A model generated the notes under the pieces. That model was given only the letters and a program-made list of their open reading frames with translations, ran no database searches and was not told the DNA's origin. The translations under genes were made by a program, and so were the position numbers. Shown piece by piece: positions 1 through 10,073 of a stretch of DNA of 64,000 nucleotides. Location of the stretch: positions 11,233-75,232 of the IMG/VR virus record IMGVR_UViG_3300020576_003089. The stretch is one strand, 5' to 3'. Position 1 is the first letter of the stretch; each line of letters begins with the position of its first letter. This DNA comes from a virus (lineage: Duplodnaviria > Caudoviricetes).

Positions 1-1566
1 TGCAAACCATGGTGCTCCTACTTCATCATTAAAGGCATAAACACCACCCATTACTACTGATGGTGGAACCCATACTGCTTTTCCTAAATTAGGACTATAT
101 GTTTGAACCCATGGATAATATGCTGCAGCATAAGTTGAAGTACTAGCTGCTGCTGCTGTTATAGCAGCTGCTGGTGTTTGACCATATGCAGTAGCATCAA
201 TTATACTAATATTATCTGCTCTATTTTCTGATAAAGCAATCACATCATCAGTAATTTGATTTAAAGGACCATCACCTAAAGTAGCTCCAGGTACTAATAA
301 TATTTTAAATTCAAATTCATCTTTATTAGATAATAAATTTAAAGCATTTTCATAATCAGAATATGTAAATCCTTGACAGTTAGTTGATGTTGAAGTTAAA
401 TTTTCATTAAATATACCATTTAAATTGGTAGCTGCTAAACCTCCTGCTAACGCACCATATGCATTCCCACTACCTGTATAAGGTAAACTACCTGATAAAG
501 CTGTATTAAATAATCCATTAGGTAATATAGAATTAGGTATTTTATTTATACTTCCAGGTTTGATTCTAATATATTGACTAGAATTAGGATAGTTACCTGC
601 TATTTGTAATATCTGATCAGTAACACTATATGTTAATTTTTGATCACCTATAACACGTCCTATATAGTTAGGTAATTGTTCATCTAATGATAAATTAGAC
701 CATGTTTCTAATACATTTTTATTAGTATCTGAATCATCTCCTCTACGAACAAGTAAAGTAAAATTACCAGTTGTATTATCTACATAATTTATTTCATATC
801 TAATATTTTTAGAAGAACCTGAAACTAATGTATTAGCACTTCCTAAAATTATACTTCCACTATTATTCATTGAATTACCCCATCCTAAACTTTCTACTAT
901 AAATGATGTAACATCAGTATTATTAGTTAAAGCACTTCCTGAAACTACTGTATTTACAGCACCTGGAACTGTTGATTTAAACATTATTGTTGATGTTAAT
1001 GAACCTGTAGCAGATGCTGATGTTCTAACATAAACTGATTTAGAATTAACTTTATTTATAACATTTGTAGCAGTTGAAGATGTTGTAGCTGCCATTGATA
1101 CATAAAATGTATTAGCTGTATCTACTAACGAGGCAGTTGTTATTTGAAAAGTGTAAGTATTACCACCAGTACTAATATCAAATGAACCTGTATTAAGTAA
1201 TGCATTTGCTAATGCTACTGATGATGATGCTAATGTTGAATTTTTATTTAAAACTGTTGATTGTGCAAAAGTATCATAACCACTTGAACCTGAAACTATT
1301 TTAGTTACAAGTAATGATTTTCCACCACCACTAAACCATTCTTTAGCAGCTATAGATGTAAAATATTCATAATAGTTACTACCACTTTGAAAAATATCTC
1401 CAAATTTAGATAGATATTCACGATATGATGTAACTACTGTAGGTACCATTGGGTTTCCTTTAACTGTTGGACCTACTATTGCTGCTCCTACTACTTTAGG
1501 ACCTTGTGTTATTAAACTTTTATCATTTTCCTGCATAAATTGACCAGGAGAAATTATTTGTTCCAT
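1..1566 (-). CDS. Contractile tail sheath protein (gp18-like), 3' end runs off the window
   Basis: Hand translation from ATG at 1566 gives MEQIISPGQFMQENDKSLITQGPKVVGAAIVGPTVKG...; later LLSNKDEFEFKILLVPG...ENRADNISIIDA and KAVWVPPSVVMGGVYAFNDEVGAPWFA, typical sheath motifs. Absent from the ORF track because there is no stop in the window. Confidence 0.93.
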   Translation of the reverse strand, partial: MEQIISPGQFMQENDKSLITQGPKVVGAAIVGPTVKGNPMVPTVVTSYREYLSKFGDIFQSGSNYYEYFTSIAAKEWFSGGGKSLLVTKIVSGSSGYDTFAQSTVLNKNSTLASSSVALANALLNTGSFDISTGGNTYTFQITTASLVDTANTFYVSMAATTSSTATNVINKVNSKSVYVRTSASATGSLTSTIMFKSTVPGAVNTVVSGSALTNNTDVTSFIVESLGWGNSMNNSGSIILGSANTLVSGSSKNIRYEINYVDNTTGNFTLLVRRGDDSDTNKNVLETWSNLSLDEQLPNYIGRVIGDQKLTYSVTDQILQIAGNYPNSSQYIRIKPGSINKIPNSILPNGLFNTALSGSLPYTGSGNAYGALAGGLAATNLNGIFNENLTSTSTNCQGFTYSDYENALNLLSNKDEFEFKILLVPGATLGDGPLNQITDDVIALSENRADNISIIDATAYGQTPAAAITAAAASTSTYAAAYYPWVQTYSPNLGKAVWVPPSVVMGGVYAFNDEVGAPWFA

Positions 1567-1622
1567 ATTTTTAATTAAATTATATTATTGTATCTATAAA
1601 TATATAAAATATTTAGCAACAA

Positions 1623-1889
1623 TTATTTAATTTCATATGTTTCTAAATTTATATTTTTATCAGAACCATATTTATTAGTTAATTCTGATATAAATTCCTT
1701 TTCTTGTTCACTTAAATTATACAACGTTGATAATAAATCTTGTTTTTTAGAATTTAATTGATTTTTTATATTATCTAAATCAAAATTAATTTTTCCTAAT
1801 TCAAAAAGCGTATTTATAAATCCATCTTGTATAAATTTTATTCTTTCTTGTTCTTGTTGTGTTAGTTTTTCCATTTTTGTAGTTTGCAT
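1623..1889 (-). CDS. Hypothetical small coiled-coil protein
   Basis: 88-aa ORF, co-oriented and closely packed with neighbours. Confidence 0.6.
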   Translation of the reverse strand: MQTTKMEKLTQQEQERIKFIQDGFINTLFELGKINFDLDNIKNQLNSKKQDLLSTLYNLSEQEKEFISELTNKYGSDKNINLETYEIK

Positions 1890-2086
1890 TTATTTTTATC
1901 TTCAGTAAATATTATTTTAGATATAGGACATTTACATTTATTACATATATGCGTATCAAATAATGTTAAATATGTATTTGATTCACATCCATTACATATT
2001 TTAATTCTTTCATTGGCTATATCTTGTTGTTCTTGAGTAGGATTAAAAGATATAACCCATGTTTTAAATATTTCAATAATATCCAT
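1862..2086 (-). CDS. Small putative Zn-binding protein
   Basis: Two Cys clusters: ICNGCES and ICNKCKCP. Confidence 0.6.
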   Translation of the reverse strand: MDIIEIFKTWVISFNPTQEQQDIANERIKICNGCESNTYLTLFDTHICNKCKCPISKIIFTEDKNKCKLQKWKN

Positions 2087-2093
2087 ATTTTAA

Positions 2094-2303
2094 TTATTTT
2101 AATAAATTGTTTATTAACTCAAGTTTAGAATTTATTAACTCAAGTTTAGAATTTATATCATTTACATATTTATCTCTTCCAAATATAAGTTGTTCTTTTT
2201 CATATTCCAAATCTGATATTAAATTATTTGGATCATATTCTTTTTCAGTTGTTGTAGTTTCTACTATTTGATTGTTTTCAATTTTGTACGTTGTGTTTTC
2301 CAT
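2094..2303 (-). CDS. Hypothetical protein
   Basis: 69-aa ORF containing a duplicated SKLELIN. Confidence 0.55.
   Translation of the reverse strand: MENTTYKIENNQIVETTTTEKEYDPNNLISDLEYEKEQLIFGRDKYVNDINSKLELINSKLELINNLLK
2110..2151. repeat. Perfect 21-bp tandem duplication
   Basis: tttattaactcaagtttagaa twice, in frame within ORF 2094..2303. Confidence 0.9.
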
Positions 2304-2313
2304 ATTTGTTTTA

Positions 2314-3783
2314 TTAATTTATTGAACGTGAAACCTCTATCCAATTAGTACCGTTATATACTAACATAAGCACATCATTTGCAGTAGTAGCAAAATCAGC
2401 AGCACCTGACAATAACATTGGTGAAGTACCTGCACCACCTGCAGTATTATTTTTTACCGTCAATACCCCTGCAAAAATTAGTATTATTTGACTTCCTGCC
2501 TGCCAATTGGTATTGGTAATAGCTGTGATCTGTGTAGTGCCTGTAATACCAAAAACATTACCTGTAGTTAGTGTAAGATTGTTAGCACTTGCTACAGTTG
2601 CATAACCCGTAGCAAGCCTATTAGTCATATTTGTATAACCGTTTGAATCAATTGTAGTCCTAAGGGTATTATTTGTATAAAGTCTTATATCTGCAGCAGC
2701 TTGAGTACCAAAACTTATTCCTCCAGATATACCAGTTCCTGTTGATACAACTGCTCCATCTTGAAATTGCATAGCTGCTGTAGTCCATCCTGTCCCCATA
2801 CACCATAATCTTAGAGCGTCTGTTCCAGATGCTCCATTTCTGATTTCTATAGATGCATAATCACCTGTTCCTGCTCCTGAATTATTAACTGCTAATATTC
2901 TTTGACCTGTTAATGCTCCATCTCCTATTGAAATTCCTCCTCCTAAAGGTTGTAAAAATATATTGGATGCTAAACCATTATTTCTTCCTTGTATTCCTAA
3001 CACAGTAGAATAAAGACCATATACTATATTTAAACCTGATGATTCATTACCCGTTGTTAAAGCATGATTAGTACTTGATAATGATAAAACATTTGCTGAT
3101 TTTGCAAATATAGTTCCATTTATTGTAGTTCCAGTGTTTATTGAAGGTGTTTTTAATATAGTTCCATCAAATGTTAAACTAGATTCACCATTTAATGAAT
3201 TTCCTCCAGTAGAAGTAACAACATAATCATTTACATTATTATTTACAGAAGCTGGTGCATATGAAGCGGATAAAATATAAGAAGCTGACACAGCATTTTG
3301 TGCGTTATTAGCGTATGAAGCAGATAATGCGTATGAAGCTGAATTAACTAGATTAGGTACTGGAGCGTAAGATGCAGATAAAGCATTACTAGCATATGAT
3401 GCTGATAATGCTGTATTAGCATATGATGCTGTTGTTGCGTATGATGCTGTTGTTGCATTAATAGCGTATGATGATGTTGTAGCATATGACGCTGATACAG
3501 TTGTTTGCGAGTTTGTTGCATATGAAGCTGATGTTGTTGTATTAGCATATGATGCTGAAGTAGTATTATTTGAATATGAAGATGATAGAGCATATGATGA
3601 TGTTAATGCATAAGACGCTGATATTGTTGGAGTTGCATTAAGAAAATATGATGCCGTTGTTGCGTATGATGCTGATATAGCTTGAGTAGCTATTCCTAAT
3701 AAAGACCCAGTAAATGATTGAGCATTTATTGTATTTAAATAAGCGTTAGATCCACTAACTATGATTTTTTTCCAGTTTGGCAT
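2314..3783 (-). CDS. SASYA-repeat fibre-like virion protein
   Basis: N-terminus MPNWKKIIVSGS (start moved to 3783, matching paralog MATWKKIIVSGS); many [ST]ASYA repeats; Gly/Thr-rich beta-type C-terminal region. Confidence 0.75.
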   Translation of the reverse strand: MPNWKKIIVSGSNAYLNTINAQSFTGSLLGIATQAISASYATTASYFLNATPTISASYALTSSYALSSSYSNNTTSASYANTTTSASYATNSQTTVSASYATTSSYAINATTASYATTASYANTALSASYASNALSASYAPVPNLVNSASYALSASYANNAQNAVSASYILSASYAPASVNNNVNDYVVTSTGGNSLNGESSLTFDGTILKTPSINTGTTINGTIFAKSANVLSLSSTNHALTTGNESSGLNIVYGLYSTVLGIQGRNNGLASNIFLQPLGGGISIGDGALTGQRILAVNNSGAGTGDYASIEIRNGASGTDALRLWCMGTGWTTAAMQFQDGAVVSTGTGISGGISFGTQAAADIRLYTNNTLRTTIDSNGYTNMTNRLATGYATVASANNLTLTTGNVFGITGTTQITAITNTNWQAGSQIILIFAGVLTVKNNTAGGAGTSPMLLSGAADFATTANDVLMLVYNGTNWIEVSRSIN

Positions 3784-3880
3784 ATATAGTACTATGATTA
3801 GATACACATTAGATGTGCCTACTTCCTTTTAAGGTCAATAATATTATTAATTATAATAAATTAAAATTGTGTTTCCAAAT

Positions 3881-4072
3881 TTATTTTGTATTTTGTATTA
3901 AAAATTGATTTTGTAATTTAACTATTATATTATAAATTATTTCTATATGTTCACCTTTAAAATCTGAAGATTTTATTAATAATAATAAGAATTTGATTTC
4001 ATCAGAATTAAATGAATTTAAATCTGCGGTATTGTTGTTAATATTGTTGTTAATTTTTGTAATAAGACTCAT
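3881..4072 (-). CDS. Small hypothetical protein in fibre cluster
   Basis: 63-aa ORF closely packed behind 4076..5041. Confidence 0.6.
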   Translation of the reverse strand: MSLITKINNNINNNTADLNSFNSDEIKFLLLLIKSSDFKGEHIEIIYNIIVKLQNQFLIQNTK

Positions 4073-4075
4073 TTA

Positions 4076-5041
4076 TTAAGAATATATAAAAATATCACCT
4101 GAAGTTGTATTTACATGCATTGTTCCTATACCATAAGTAGGAGCAGCTGAAACATCTGAAGCCGATCCTGAAATTACACCTATAAAACTTGTAGGTGTTA
4201 ATGAAGTAGCATTATAATCAGCATTTTCAGCAAGTGACCAACGTGATTTTGTTCCATCACCATTTGAATCAAAATATAAAGCATATCCTCTAGCTACACC
4301 AGCACTAGAAGAAGCTTGTACTATTATACCTCCATCATTCACTGTGAGAGATCCTGAAGATACTAAAATAAATTTATCTTCTATTAATAAATTATCTGTA
4401 TTAAATGTTGTAGTAGTACCATTAACCGTTAAATCACCTGATATAATTTGATTTCCAGTAATATTCAAAGTAGTTCCATCAAATGTTAAATTTCCTTCAC
4501 CATTAATATTTTCAGCACCTGTAGAGGTTAATATATTATTATTAACATTATTTGTAATTAAATTAGAAATATTAGAAGCGTATGAAGCTGTACCTGCATA
4601 TGAAGCAGAAGTGGTCGTACTAGCATATGATGCTGTTGAAGCATATGATGCAGAAGTGGTCGTATTAGCATATGATGCTGTTAAAGCATATGATGCCGAT
4701 ACTACAGGTGATATATTCATAGCATATGATGCTGTTGAAGCATATGATGCAGAAGTAGCATTGTTTGAATACGAAGATGTGATTGTAATATTAGCATATG
4801 AAGCAGAAGTGGTCGTACTAGCATATGATGCTGTTGAAGCATATGATGCAGAAGTAGCAATAAGTCCTGTTAAATCTGAGCCATTTCCTTGAAATGATCC
4901 ACTAAATGAACCACTTAATATAGTATTAGCGGGTGCAGGATTAATTTTTTGATTAGTACTTACGATTACTCCATTACTAGAAGTTACACTTAATAACTCA
5001 GCATTAGATCCACTGACTATAATTTTTTTCCAAGTTGCCAT
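4076..5041 (-). CDS. SASYA-repeat fibre-like virion protein
   Basis: MATWKKIIVSGS N-terminus, SASYA repeats, paralogous segment NNVNN..LTSTG..INGE..LTFDGT shared with 2314..3783. Confidence 0.75.
   Translation of the reverse strand: MATWKKIIVSGSNAELLSVTSSNGVIVSTNQKINPAPANTILSGSFSGSFQGNGSDLTGLIATSASYASTASYASTTTSASYANITITSSYSNNATSASYASTASYAMNISPVVSASYALTASYANTTTSASYASTASYASTTTSASYAGTASYASNISNLITNNVNNNILTSTGAENINGEGNLTFDGTTLNITGNQIISGDLTVNGTTTTFNTDNLLIEDKFILVSSGSLTVNDGGIIVQASSSAGVARGYALYFDSNGDGTKSRWSLAENADYNATSLTPTSFIGVISGSASDVSAAPTYGIGTMHVNTTSGDIFIYS
4596..4855. repeat. 62-bp exact direct repeat within SASYA coding repeats
   Basis: gcatatgaagcagaagtggtcgtactagcatatgatgctgttgaagcatatgatgcagaagt at 4596..4657 and 4794..4855, plus partial copies between. 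Confidence 0.85.
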
Positions 5042-5082
5042 TATTTGATTTGATTTGATTTATGTTTATAAATATACGAAAA

Positions 5083-5796
5083 TTAATTTACTCCTACAAA
5101 TATTGATGATGAAGTAAAATATAATCCTCCGTTAGGTGCATCTCCAGTTAATTCAATTGAAGAAGTTGCAAATATTATTATTCCACTTTGAGATATTTGT
5201 AATAAATTTTTATTACTAGCATCTAATACTTGAAGAGGGTTAGTAGCAGATGAAGTTATTTGAATACCTACATTATCATTAATTCTAAATGAATTTATTG
5301 AATTTTTAATTAAAAAAAAATCATTTGAAATGAATGAACTATCAGATAATATATTAGTATTATTATTGATTAAAAATATAGAACCTGTTACATTTAAGGA
5401 TCCTGTAATAATTTGGTCTCCTTTAAATATATTAGAACTGGTTAAAGCAAAATTTATATTATTAAAATATGATGAAGATAATGCAAAACCTGCATATGAT
5501 GAAGATAAAGCATAAGACGCAGAAATTGATGGAGATGGTGGAGCATATGATGCCGATACAGCATTTTGTGCATTATTTGCAAAATTAGAATATGATGAAC
5601 TTAATGCATATGATGCTGAAATAGATGGTACTGAGGGAGCTGATAAAGCATAAGATGCTGTACCTGAGAATTGTCCTATGAATGAACCTGATATAACAAA
5701 ATTAGTAATGTCATTACCATAAGATGCAGTTCCTCTAGTATTATTTCTAAATGAACCTGATAAAAAAGGATCTATTATGTTTCTACGTTTTATCAT
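5083..5796 (-). CDS. SASYA-repeat virion protein
   Basis: SASYAL/SSSYA repeats, Ser/Gly-rich, in fibre cluster. Confidence 0.7.
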   Translation of the reverse strand: MIKRRNIIDPFLSGSFRNNTRGTASYGNDITNFVISGSFIGQFSGTASYALSAPSVPSISASYALSSSYSNFANNAQNAVSASYAPPSPSISASYALSSSYAGFALSSSYFNNINFALTSSNIFKGDQIITGSLNVTGSIFLINNNTNILSDSSFISNDFFLIKNSINSFRINDNVGIQITSSATNPLQVLDASNKNLLQISQSGIIIFATSSIELTGDAPNGGLYFTSSSIFVGVN

Positions 5797-6638
5797 TATA
5801 ATGAACCTGTTGTTTCTAAATCAAATATTATTTGAGATTTTGAAAAATATCTATTTTTATCTACAGATTGTTTATTAATTGTATCGGGTATAATATAACC
5901 ATTTAAAACAATATTTAATGTTGTTTTTATAGCTCTATCTTGACCCTGTTCTACTGTTGTTGCTGTTGTAAAATTATCAATATTTACTCTGAAATTGAAT
6001 TTTTCAAAATCTCCCCAATATGAATCAGAAGCATATTCAATAGCTTCTATCAATTTATTATTTTGTTCTATATAATCAGTAAATAAAATGCAACTATATG
6101 TTAACTTTACATAATCAGGTATTACAGATAAATAATATTTTTCAGATGGAATTATATTATTTAATATAGAAAATTTATCATATGAGTTTTTAACATTAAA
6201 TTTTTCTTTAAAGGCTTGATATAAATGAGGTTTATTTGCATCTAATTTATTTCCTAAAGTTCTAACTTTTTCTACACTTTCACGTTTAAATATAATTAAT
6301 GGTACCATTAATTTACCGTTTTTATCTCTATAAAAACCATCTTTTTGAACTGATTTCCAACGTTCAGGTGAACCATAAATAACAGGAACTTCTAATCTAA
6401 CATTATTATGTATAACATTAGGTTTAATATTATTTATAAAATGTTGTAATACTGCATTATCTATATCTTGTAATCCAATTGATAAATCTTTTATTTCATC
6501 ATCTTTAACAGATATTTCATTTGCTCTAACATGAGTAAATACAGTATCAGAGTCACCCTTAGTACCTAAATAAGGTGGTTCTAAAGCAAGTTGAGTTACT
6601 TCAGATTCATTTTTTGGTATTGGTTTTAATTTTCTCAT
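5796..6638 (-). CDS. Tail completion / sheath stabilizer (T4 gp15-like)
   Basis: VPVIYGSPERW...VPLIIFKR motif; position next to neck genes. Confidence 0.7.
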   Translation of the reverse strand: MRKLKPIPKNESEVTQLALEPPYLGTKGDSDTVFTHVRANEISVKDDEIKDLSIGLQDIDNAVLQHFINNIKPNVIHNNVRLEVPVIYGSPERWKSVQKDGFYRDKNGKLMVPLIIFKRESVEKVRTLGNKLDANKPHLYQAFKEKFNVKNSYDKFSILNNIIPSEKYYLSVIPDYVKLTYSCILFTDYIEQNNKLIEAIEYASDSYWGDFEKFNFRVNIDNFTTATTVEQGQDRAIKTTLNIVLNGYIIPDTINKQSVDKNRYFSKSQIIFDLETTGSL

Positions 6639-7174
6639 AATCTTTCTTGAACAATTCCTAATTTTTCTGAACGTGTATAATGAGCTGATACTATAATTGA
6701 TAATGAATTACCAAAATTGTTTGTATTATTTGAATATGAATATGAAGGGTCTTTACCTACAAATAATTGGTTTTCTACTATTGTGTCTATTTCATAATAA
6801 TCTTCATTCCATAAAATAACATCTCCTATTTCAGGTACTATATTATATGTAAATCCTTTTCCATCCTGGTTTAATTCTGTACTTAAGCTTAATCCAGCTA
6901 AATCATCTCTTAAAAATCTAAATTTAACATCTCTATTTATATCTACACCTTCTTCACCTGAACTAGCGTTTTGTTCTCCTCTATCAATTAAACAATTTAA
7001 TAATACAGGATCATTATATGTTTTTTTACCATTGCTTTCTCCATATATATTTGAATCAGTTTGTTCTAGTGATAATTTGTAAAATCCACACTTTTGTTCA
7101 ATTATATTATTTAATAGTTCTCTATTAATATGTCTTATAAATGATATGTCTCTATTTTCTCCGTATAAACTCAT
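6635..7174 (-). CDS. Head closure / neck protein (T4 gp14-like)
   Basis: ELLNNIIEQKCGFYKL...NIYGES...GDVILW...YEI pattern; synteny gp13-gp14-gp15. Confidence 0.65.
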   Translation of the reverse strand: MSLYGENRDISFIRHINRELLNNIIEQKCGFYKLSLEQTDSNIYGESNGKKTYNDPVLLNCLIDRGEQNASSGEEGVDINRDVKFRFLRDDLAGLSLSTELNQDGKGFTYNIVPEIGDVILWNEDYYEIDTIVENQLFVGKDPSYSYSNNTNNFGNSLSIIVSAHYTRSEKLGIVQERL

Positions 7175-7533
7175 TGTTGTGTTATTATTTGAGGATGTTC
7201 ATTATTTTCAAATTTAATATATTTAAAAGGTATAAATATATTATAATATTGATCATGATTAATAAAATTATTTTTGAATTTATAAACTTTAATTAAATTT
7301 TGACAATATTTATCTTGTTTTTCTTCTTGAGAACTAATAGGACATCTAAGTACGTTTTTATAGGTATTATTTTCTTCATCTAACTCTACATATCCAACAC
7401 AACCTGTATTTTTACTAAAAAATACATCATACATTATATATTCATTTTCTATATATTCCTCTAATTTAACAGTTGCAACTGGATTAGGATTATTTATCCC
7501 TAATTCATTTAATATATTTATTAACTTTATCAA
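7171..7533 (-). CDS. LNE-leader cassette protein
   Basis: Starts MIKLINILNELGINNP; ATGA overlap with neighbour. Confidence 0.75.
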   Translation of the reverse strand: MIKLINILNELGINNPNPVATVKLEEYIENEYIMYDVFFSKNTGCVGYVELDEENNTYKNVLRCPISSQEEKQDKYCQNLIKVYKFKNNFINHDQYYNIFIPFKYIKFENNEHPQIITQQ

Positions 7534-8111
7534 TATTCTCCTACTTTTTGAATTGTTTGAAATCTTGGTAAAAATTGAACTAAACCTTCTATTTTGTCAG
7601 TTACTAATGCTACTTTTTTTATTTTCTTAATATCTTCTTCAGGTGTAGTTGTTACCATATATTTTAATTTTAATAAAGAATATTCATGTTTATCTGTTGA
7701 TTGACTATCTAAATAATCATTTTGTTCTACTGATACTACTACTACTCCTGTTATTCCTCTAATAGAATTATAAACAAATACTTTATTTACATCATTTGTT
7801 ACCTTAATTAACACTTCAATCTTATAAATAATGTGTTGAACTTCATTTAATTTACCATTATCAAATATTGCGTTTATATAATATTCAGATGTACTTAATT
7901 CTCCCCAACTAAGTCCATTATCAATTAAATCTATAATGTCTTCTTTTGATCTACAATTTTCTAAATCTGCTAATATTCCATTATAATAATCATCATTACC
8001 AATATTTGATTTTTTTTCCTTTAATATTATTTGTCTAAATTTATCCTTCCAAGTCTTAAGTAATGGATTATTTATTTCAAGTTCGTTTAATATGTTTGTT
8101 AATTTTATCAT
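7530..8111 (-). CDS. LNE-leader cassette protein with second domain after an internal LNE
   Basis: Starts MIKLTNILNELEINNP; internal GKLNEVQ separates an acidic helical module from a beta-rich domain. Confidence 0.75.
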   Translation of the reverse strand: MIKLTNILNELEINNPLLKTWKDKFRQIILKEKKSNIGNDDYYNGILADLENCRSKEDIIDLIDNGLSWGELSTSEYYINAIFDNGKLNEVQHIIYKIEVLIKVTNDVNKVFVYNSIRGITGVVVVSVEQNDYLDSQSTDKHEYSLLKLKYMVTTTPEEDIKKIKKVALVTDKIEGLVQFLPRFQTIQKVGEY

Positions 8112-9287
8112 TTAAAATATATAAAGTTGTAAAGGAATTTTATTTAACTCAGCTTGCATTGATTCAGCTTCAGCTGCTCTTTTTTCAAATTGCATTTTTC
8201 TTGAAGTTTCATCTAGATCTGCTCTTAGTTTTTCTAATAGTGCTACTTTTTCTTCTTTAGCAGATGATAATAAATCATTGCTATTTAATATTACTGAATC
8301 ACCAGGAATAGGAATAGTTTGATATTTACCTCTAATATACCCTAACATTTCTTTAGCTATTGTTAAAGTAAATTGTCTAATCCATTGTTTACCTAAATCA
8401 TTTATTTGAGAATATACAGGATTTGTATATGGAACATTTGATATATTAGTTACTAAATTAGTACCACCACTCCCACTTGCTGCATTTCCTAAATTATTAT
8501 TTGTAACATTATTTCTATCATCTTTCATTATATAATGAAAGAAATAAGTATAATCTTGTTGTGGTATTGGAAATATTCTTAATTTATTATTAACTAAATC
8601 AAATGAATATGCTGATCTTCTAACTTGATCATTAAATTCAATACCTTGCATTATCTGCATATCAAAATATACAGGCATTAAAGTAAAATTAATACCTGGA
8701 GATGTATTACCAAATCCAAAAGATCCTAATAAAGATTGTGTTCCTATACCACTATATGGATCAAAATATCTAACTAATGCTGGAGATTGTTCATAAAATA
8801 ATCTTTTAATTTCAATTGAACCTGTAATACCAGAACCAGATGCCCATAAATTATAATCATTTAAATCATAATCTTGTACACCTGCTAAAACTTGAAATGA
8901 ACCAGTATGGAATGTTATATTACCACCAGTTCCAGCTTCACTAGCATATTGTTCTGCTATTCTAATTATAGCACCCATATTAGGTGTTATAAGTTGATTA
9001 TTCCAACTAGAAGATCCTGTAATATTACCTTCCATTGAAAGGTAATTATCTCTTATTTTATATTGATATACTTCATTACTATATGTAGTTATAGCTTCTT
9101 CAAAAGCAGTATAAATATTAATATCTTGAAGTTCTACATTATGTATAGGATACCCTAAACGTTGGGCTACCCATAACGCTATCTTAGGTCCCTCTGCTTG
9201 AAATTCAAGATCAGAATCATAAAAACCAAAAGGTGTTGAGCCTGAAATAGGACCACCTGAACCAGACCATATAGGGATGTTACTCAT
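8112..9287 (-). CDS. Neck / head-tail adaptor (T4 gp13-like)
   Basis: QRLGYPIHNVELQDINIYTAFEEAITTY resembles gp13 RLGAPIINVEL; W..Q.T..IAKEMLG.IRGKY C-terminal motif. Confidence 0.85.
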   Translation of the reverse strand: MSNIPIWSGSGGPISGSTPFGFYDSDLEFQAEGPKIALWVAQRLGYPIHNVELQDINIYTAFEEAITTYSNEVYQYKIRDNYLSMEGNITGSSSWNNQLITPNMGAIIRIAEQYASEAGTGGNITFHTGSFQVLAGVQDYDLNDYNLWASGSGITGSIEIKRLFYEQSPALVRYFDPYSGIGTQSLLGSFGFGNTSPGINFTLMPVYFDMQIMQGIEFNDQVRRSAYSFDLVNNKLRIFPIPQQDYTYFFHYIMKDDRNNVTNNNLGNAASGSGGTNLVTNISNVPYTNPVYSQINDLGKQWIRQFTLTIAKEMLGYIRGKYQTIPIPGDSVILNSNDLLSSAKEEKVALLEKLRADLDETSRKMQFEKRAAEAESMQAELNKIPLQLYIF

Positions 9288-9292
9288 TTATT

Positions 9293-9300
9293 ATAAATAT
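9293..9300 (-). promoter_or_regulatory. ATATTTAT motif (candidate late promoter), representative copy
   Basis: Plus-strand ATAAATAT at 1596, 5068, 9293, 9992, 12874, 18042, 19957, 21566, 30960, 32840, 37529, 40197, 43488, 49582, 56201, 57148 and 62078, each just upstream of a minus-strand start. Confidence 0.55.
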
Positions 9301-9308
9301 TAAATTAA

Positions 9309-9974
9309 TTAATTTCCTTTGTGTTTATATTCAAAATCTAATATTTCACCAACTAATCCACTTCTATGATTTTCCTTTAATTTAACGTGTTTAATTGCTG
9401 AAATGTGTTTAGATAAATTAATAACATATTTTAAACCATTAATAGCTTCATTAGTATCTTGTTGTTCATTATCACCATTAATAACTATTTTACCTGTTTT
9501 ACCTAAACGTGTAAGTAATGCTAACATCTGATGTTTAGTTAAATTTTGTGCTTCTTCAATTATTAAAATATCATCTACTGTTTTACCTCTAACAAATTGA
9601 ACAGGCATTGCTAATAATTTTTTTTCTTCAATAAACTTGTTAATAGCAACTTCATCATACAATTTGTATAAATTTTCTACAAATGCTTCCATATATGGAT
9701 CAAATTTACCTTTTATATCACCTGGTAAAAATCCCATAGTTTCACCTACTTCAATTAATGCTCTAGTATTATAAATTTTATCTATTAATCCATCTTGTAA
9801 AAAATTAAGAGCGGCATTAGCACAAACTAATGATTTACCACTTCCTGCTTGTCCTGTTATTATTGTTATTTGATTATCTATAATTGTTCTTTTTGCTTCT
9901 TTTTGTTCTTCATTTAATTGAATTTTATATTTAATTGGATTTTGTCTAGGTTTTTTAGGTTTATCGTAAGACAT
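9309..9974 (-). CDS. phoH: PhoH-family ATPase
   Basis: GQAGSGKS P-loop, GFLPGD, RGKT, IIEEAQN, TRLG, GDNEQQD; start moved to MSYDK at 9974. Confidence 0.93.
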   Translation of the reverse strand: MSYDKPKKPRQNPIKYKIQLNEEQKEAKRTIIDNQITIITGQAGSGKSLVCANAALNFLQDGLIDKIYNTRALIEVGETMGFLPGDIKGKFDPYMEAFVENLYKLYDEVAINKFIEEKKLLAMPVQFVRGKTVDDILIIEEAQNLTKHQMLALLTRLGKTGKIVINGDNEQQDTNEAINGLKYVINLSKHISAIKHVKLKENHRSGLVGEILDFEYKHKGN

Positions 9975-10020
9975 ATAATTATTATTTTTCAATAAATATA
10001 CGAAAATTATACTATAAAAC

Positions 10021-10056
10021 AAATAAAAAGACCCAAACTTTCGTTTGGGCCTTTAT
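10021..10056 (-). terminator. Rho-independent terminator after major capsid gene
   Basis: Minus strand GGCCCAAAC-GAAA-GTTTGGGTC followed by TTTTTATTT. Confidence 0.85.
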
Positions 10057-10073
10057 TTTAAATGTTAATTAAA

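Noticed and set aside
3806-3834. Small hairpins cacat-tag-atgtg and cctt-tt-aagg
   Set aside because: Stems are too short to distinguish from chance, and there is no U-tract
4611-4892. Plus-strand ORF with AYDA repeats, and other shadow ORFs in the fibre genes (3348..3593 on minus, 5330..5515 on plus)
   Set aside because: Antisense or alternate-frame shadows of the SASYA repeats inside well-supported minus-strand genes
5043-5061. ATTTG pentamer tandem repeat upstream of 4076..5041
   Set aside because: Short, low-complexity A-rich leader on the coding strand, with no further structure
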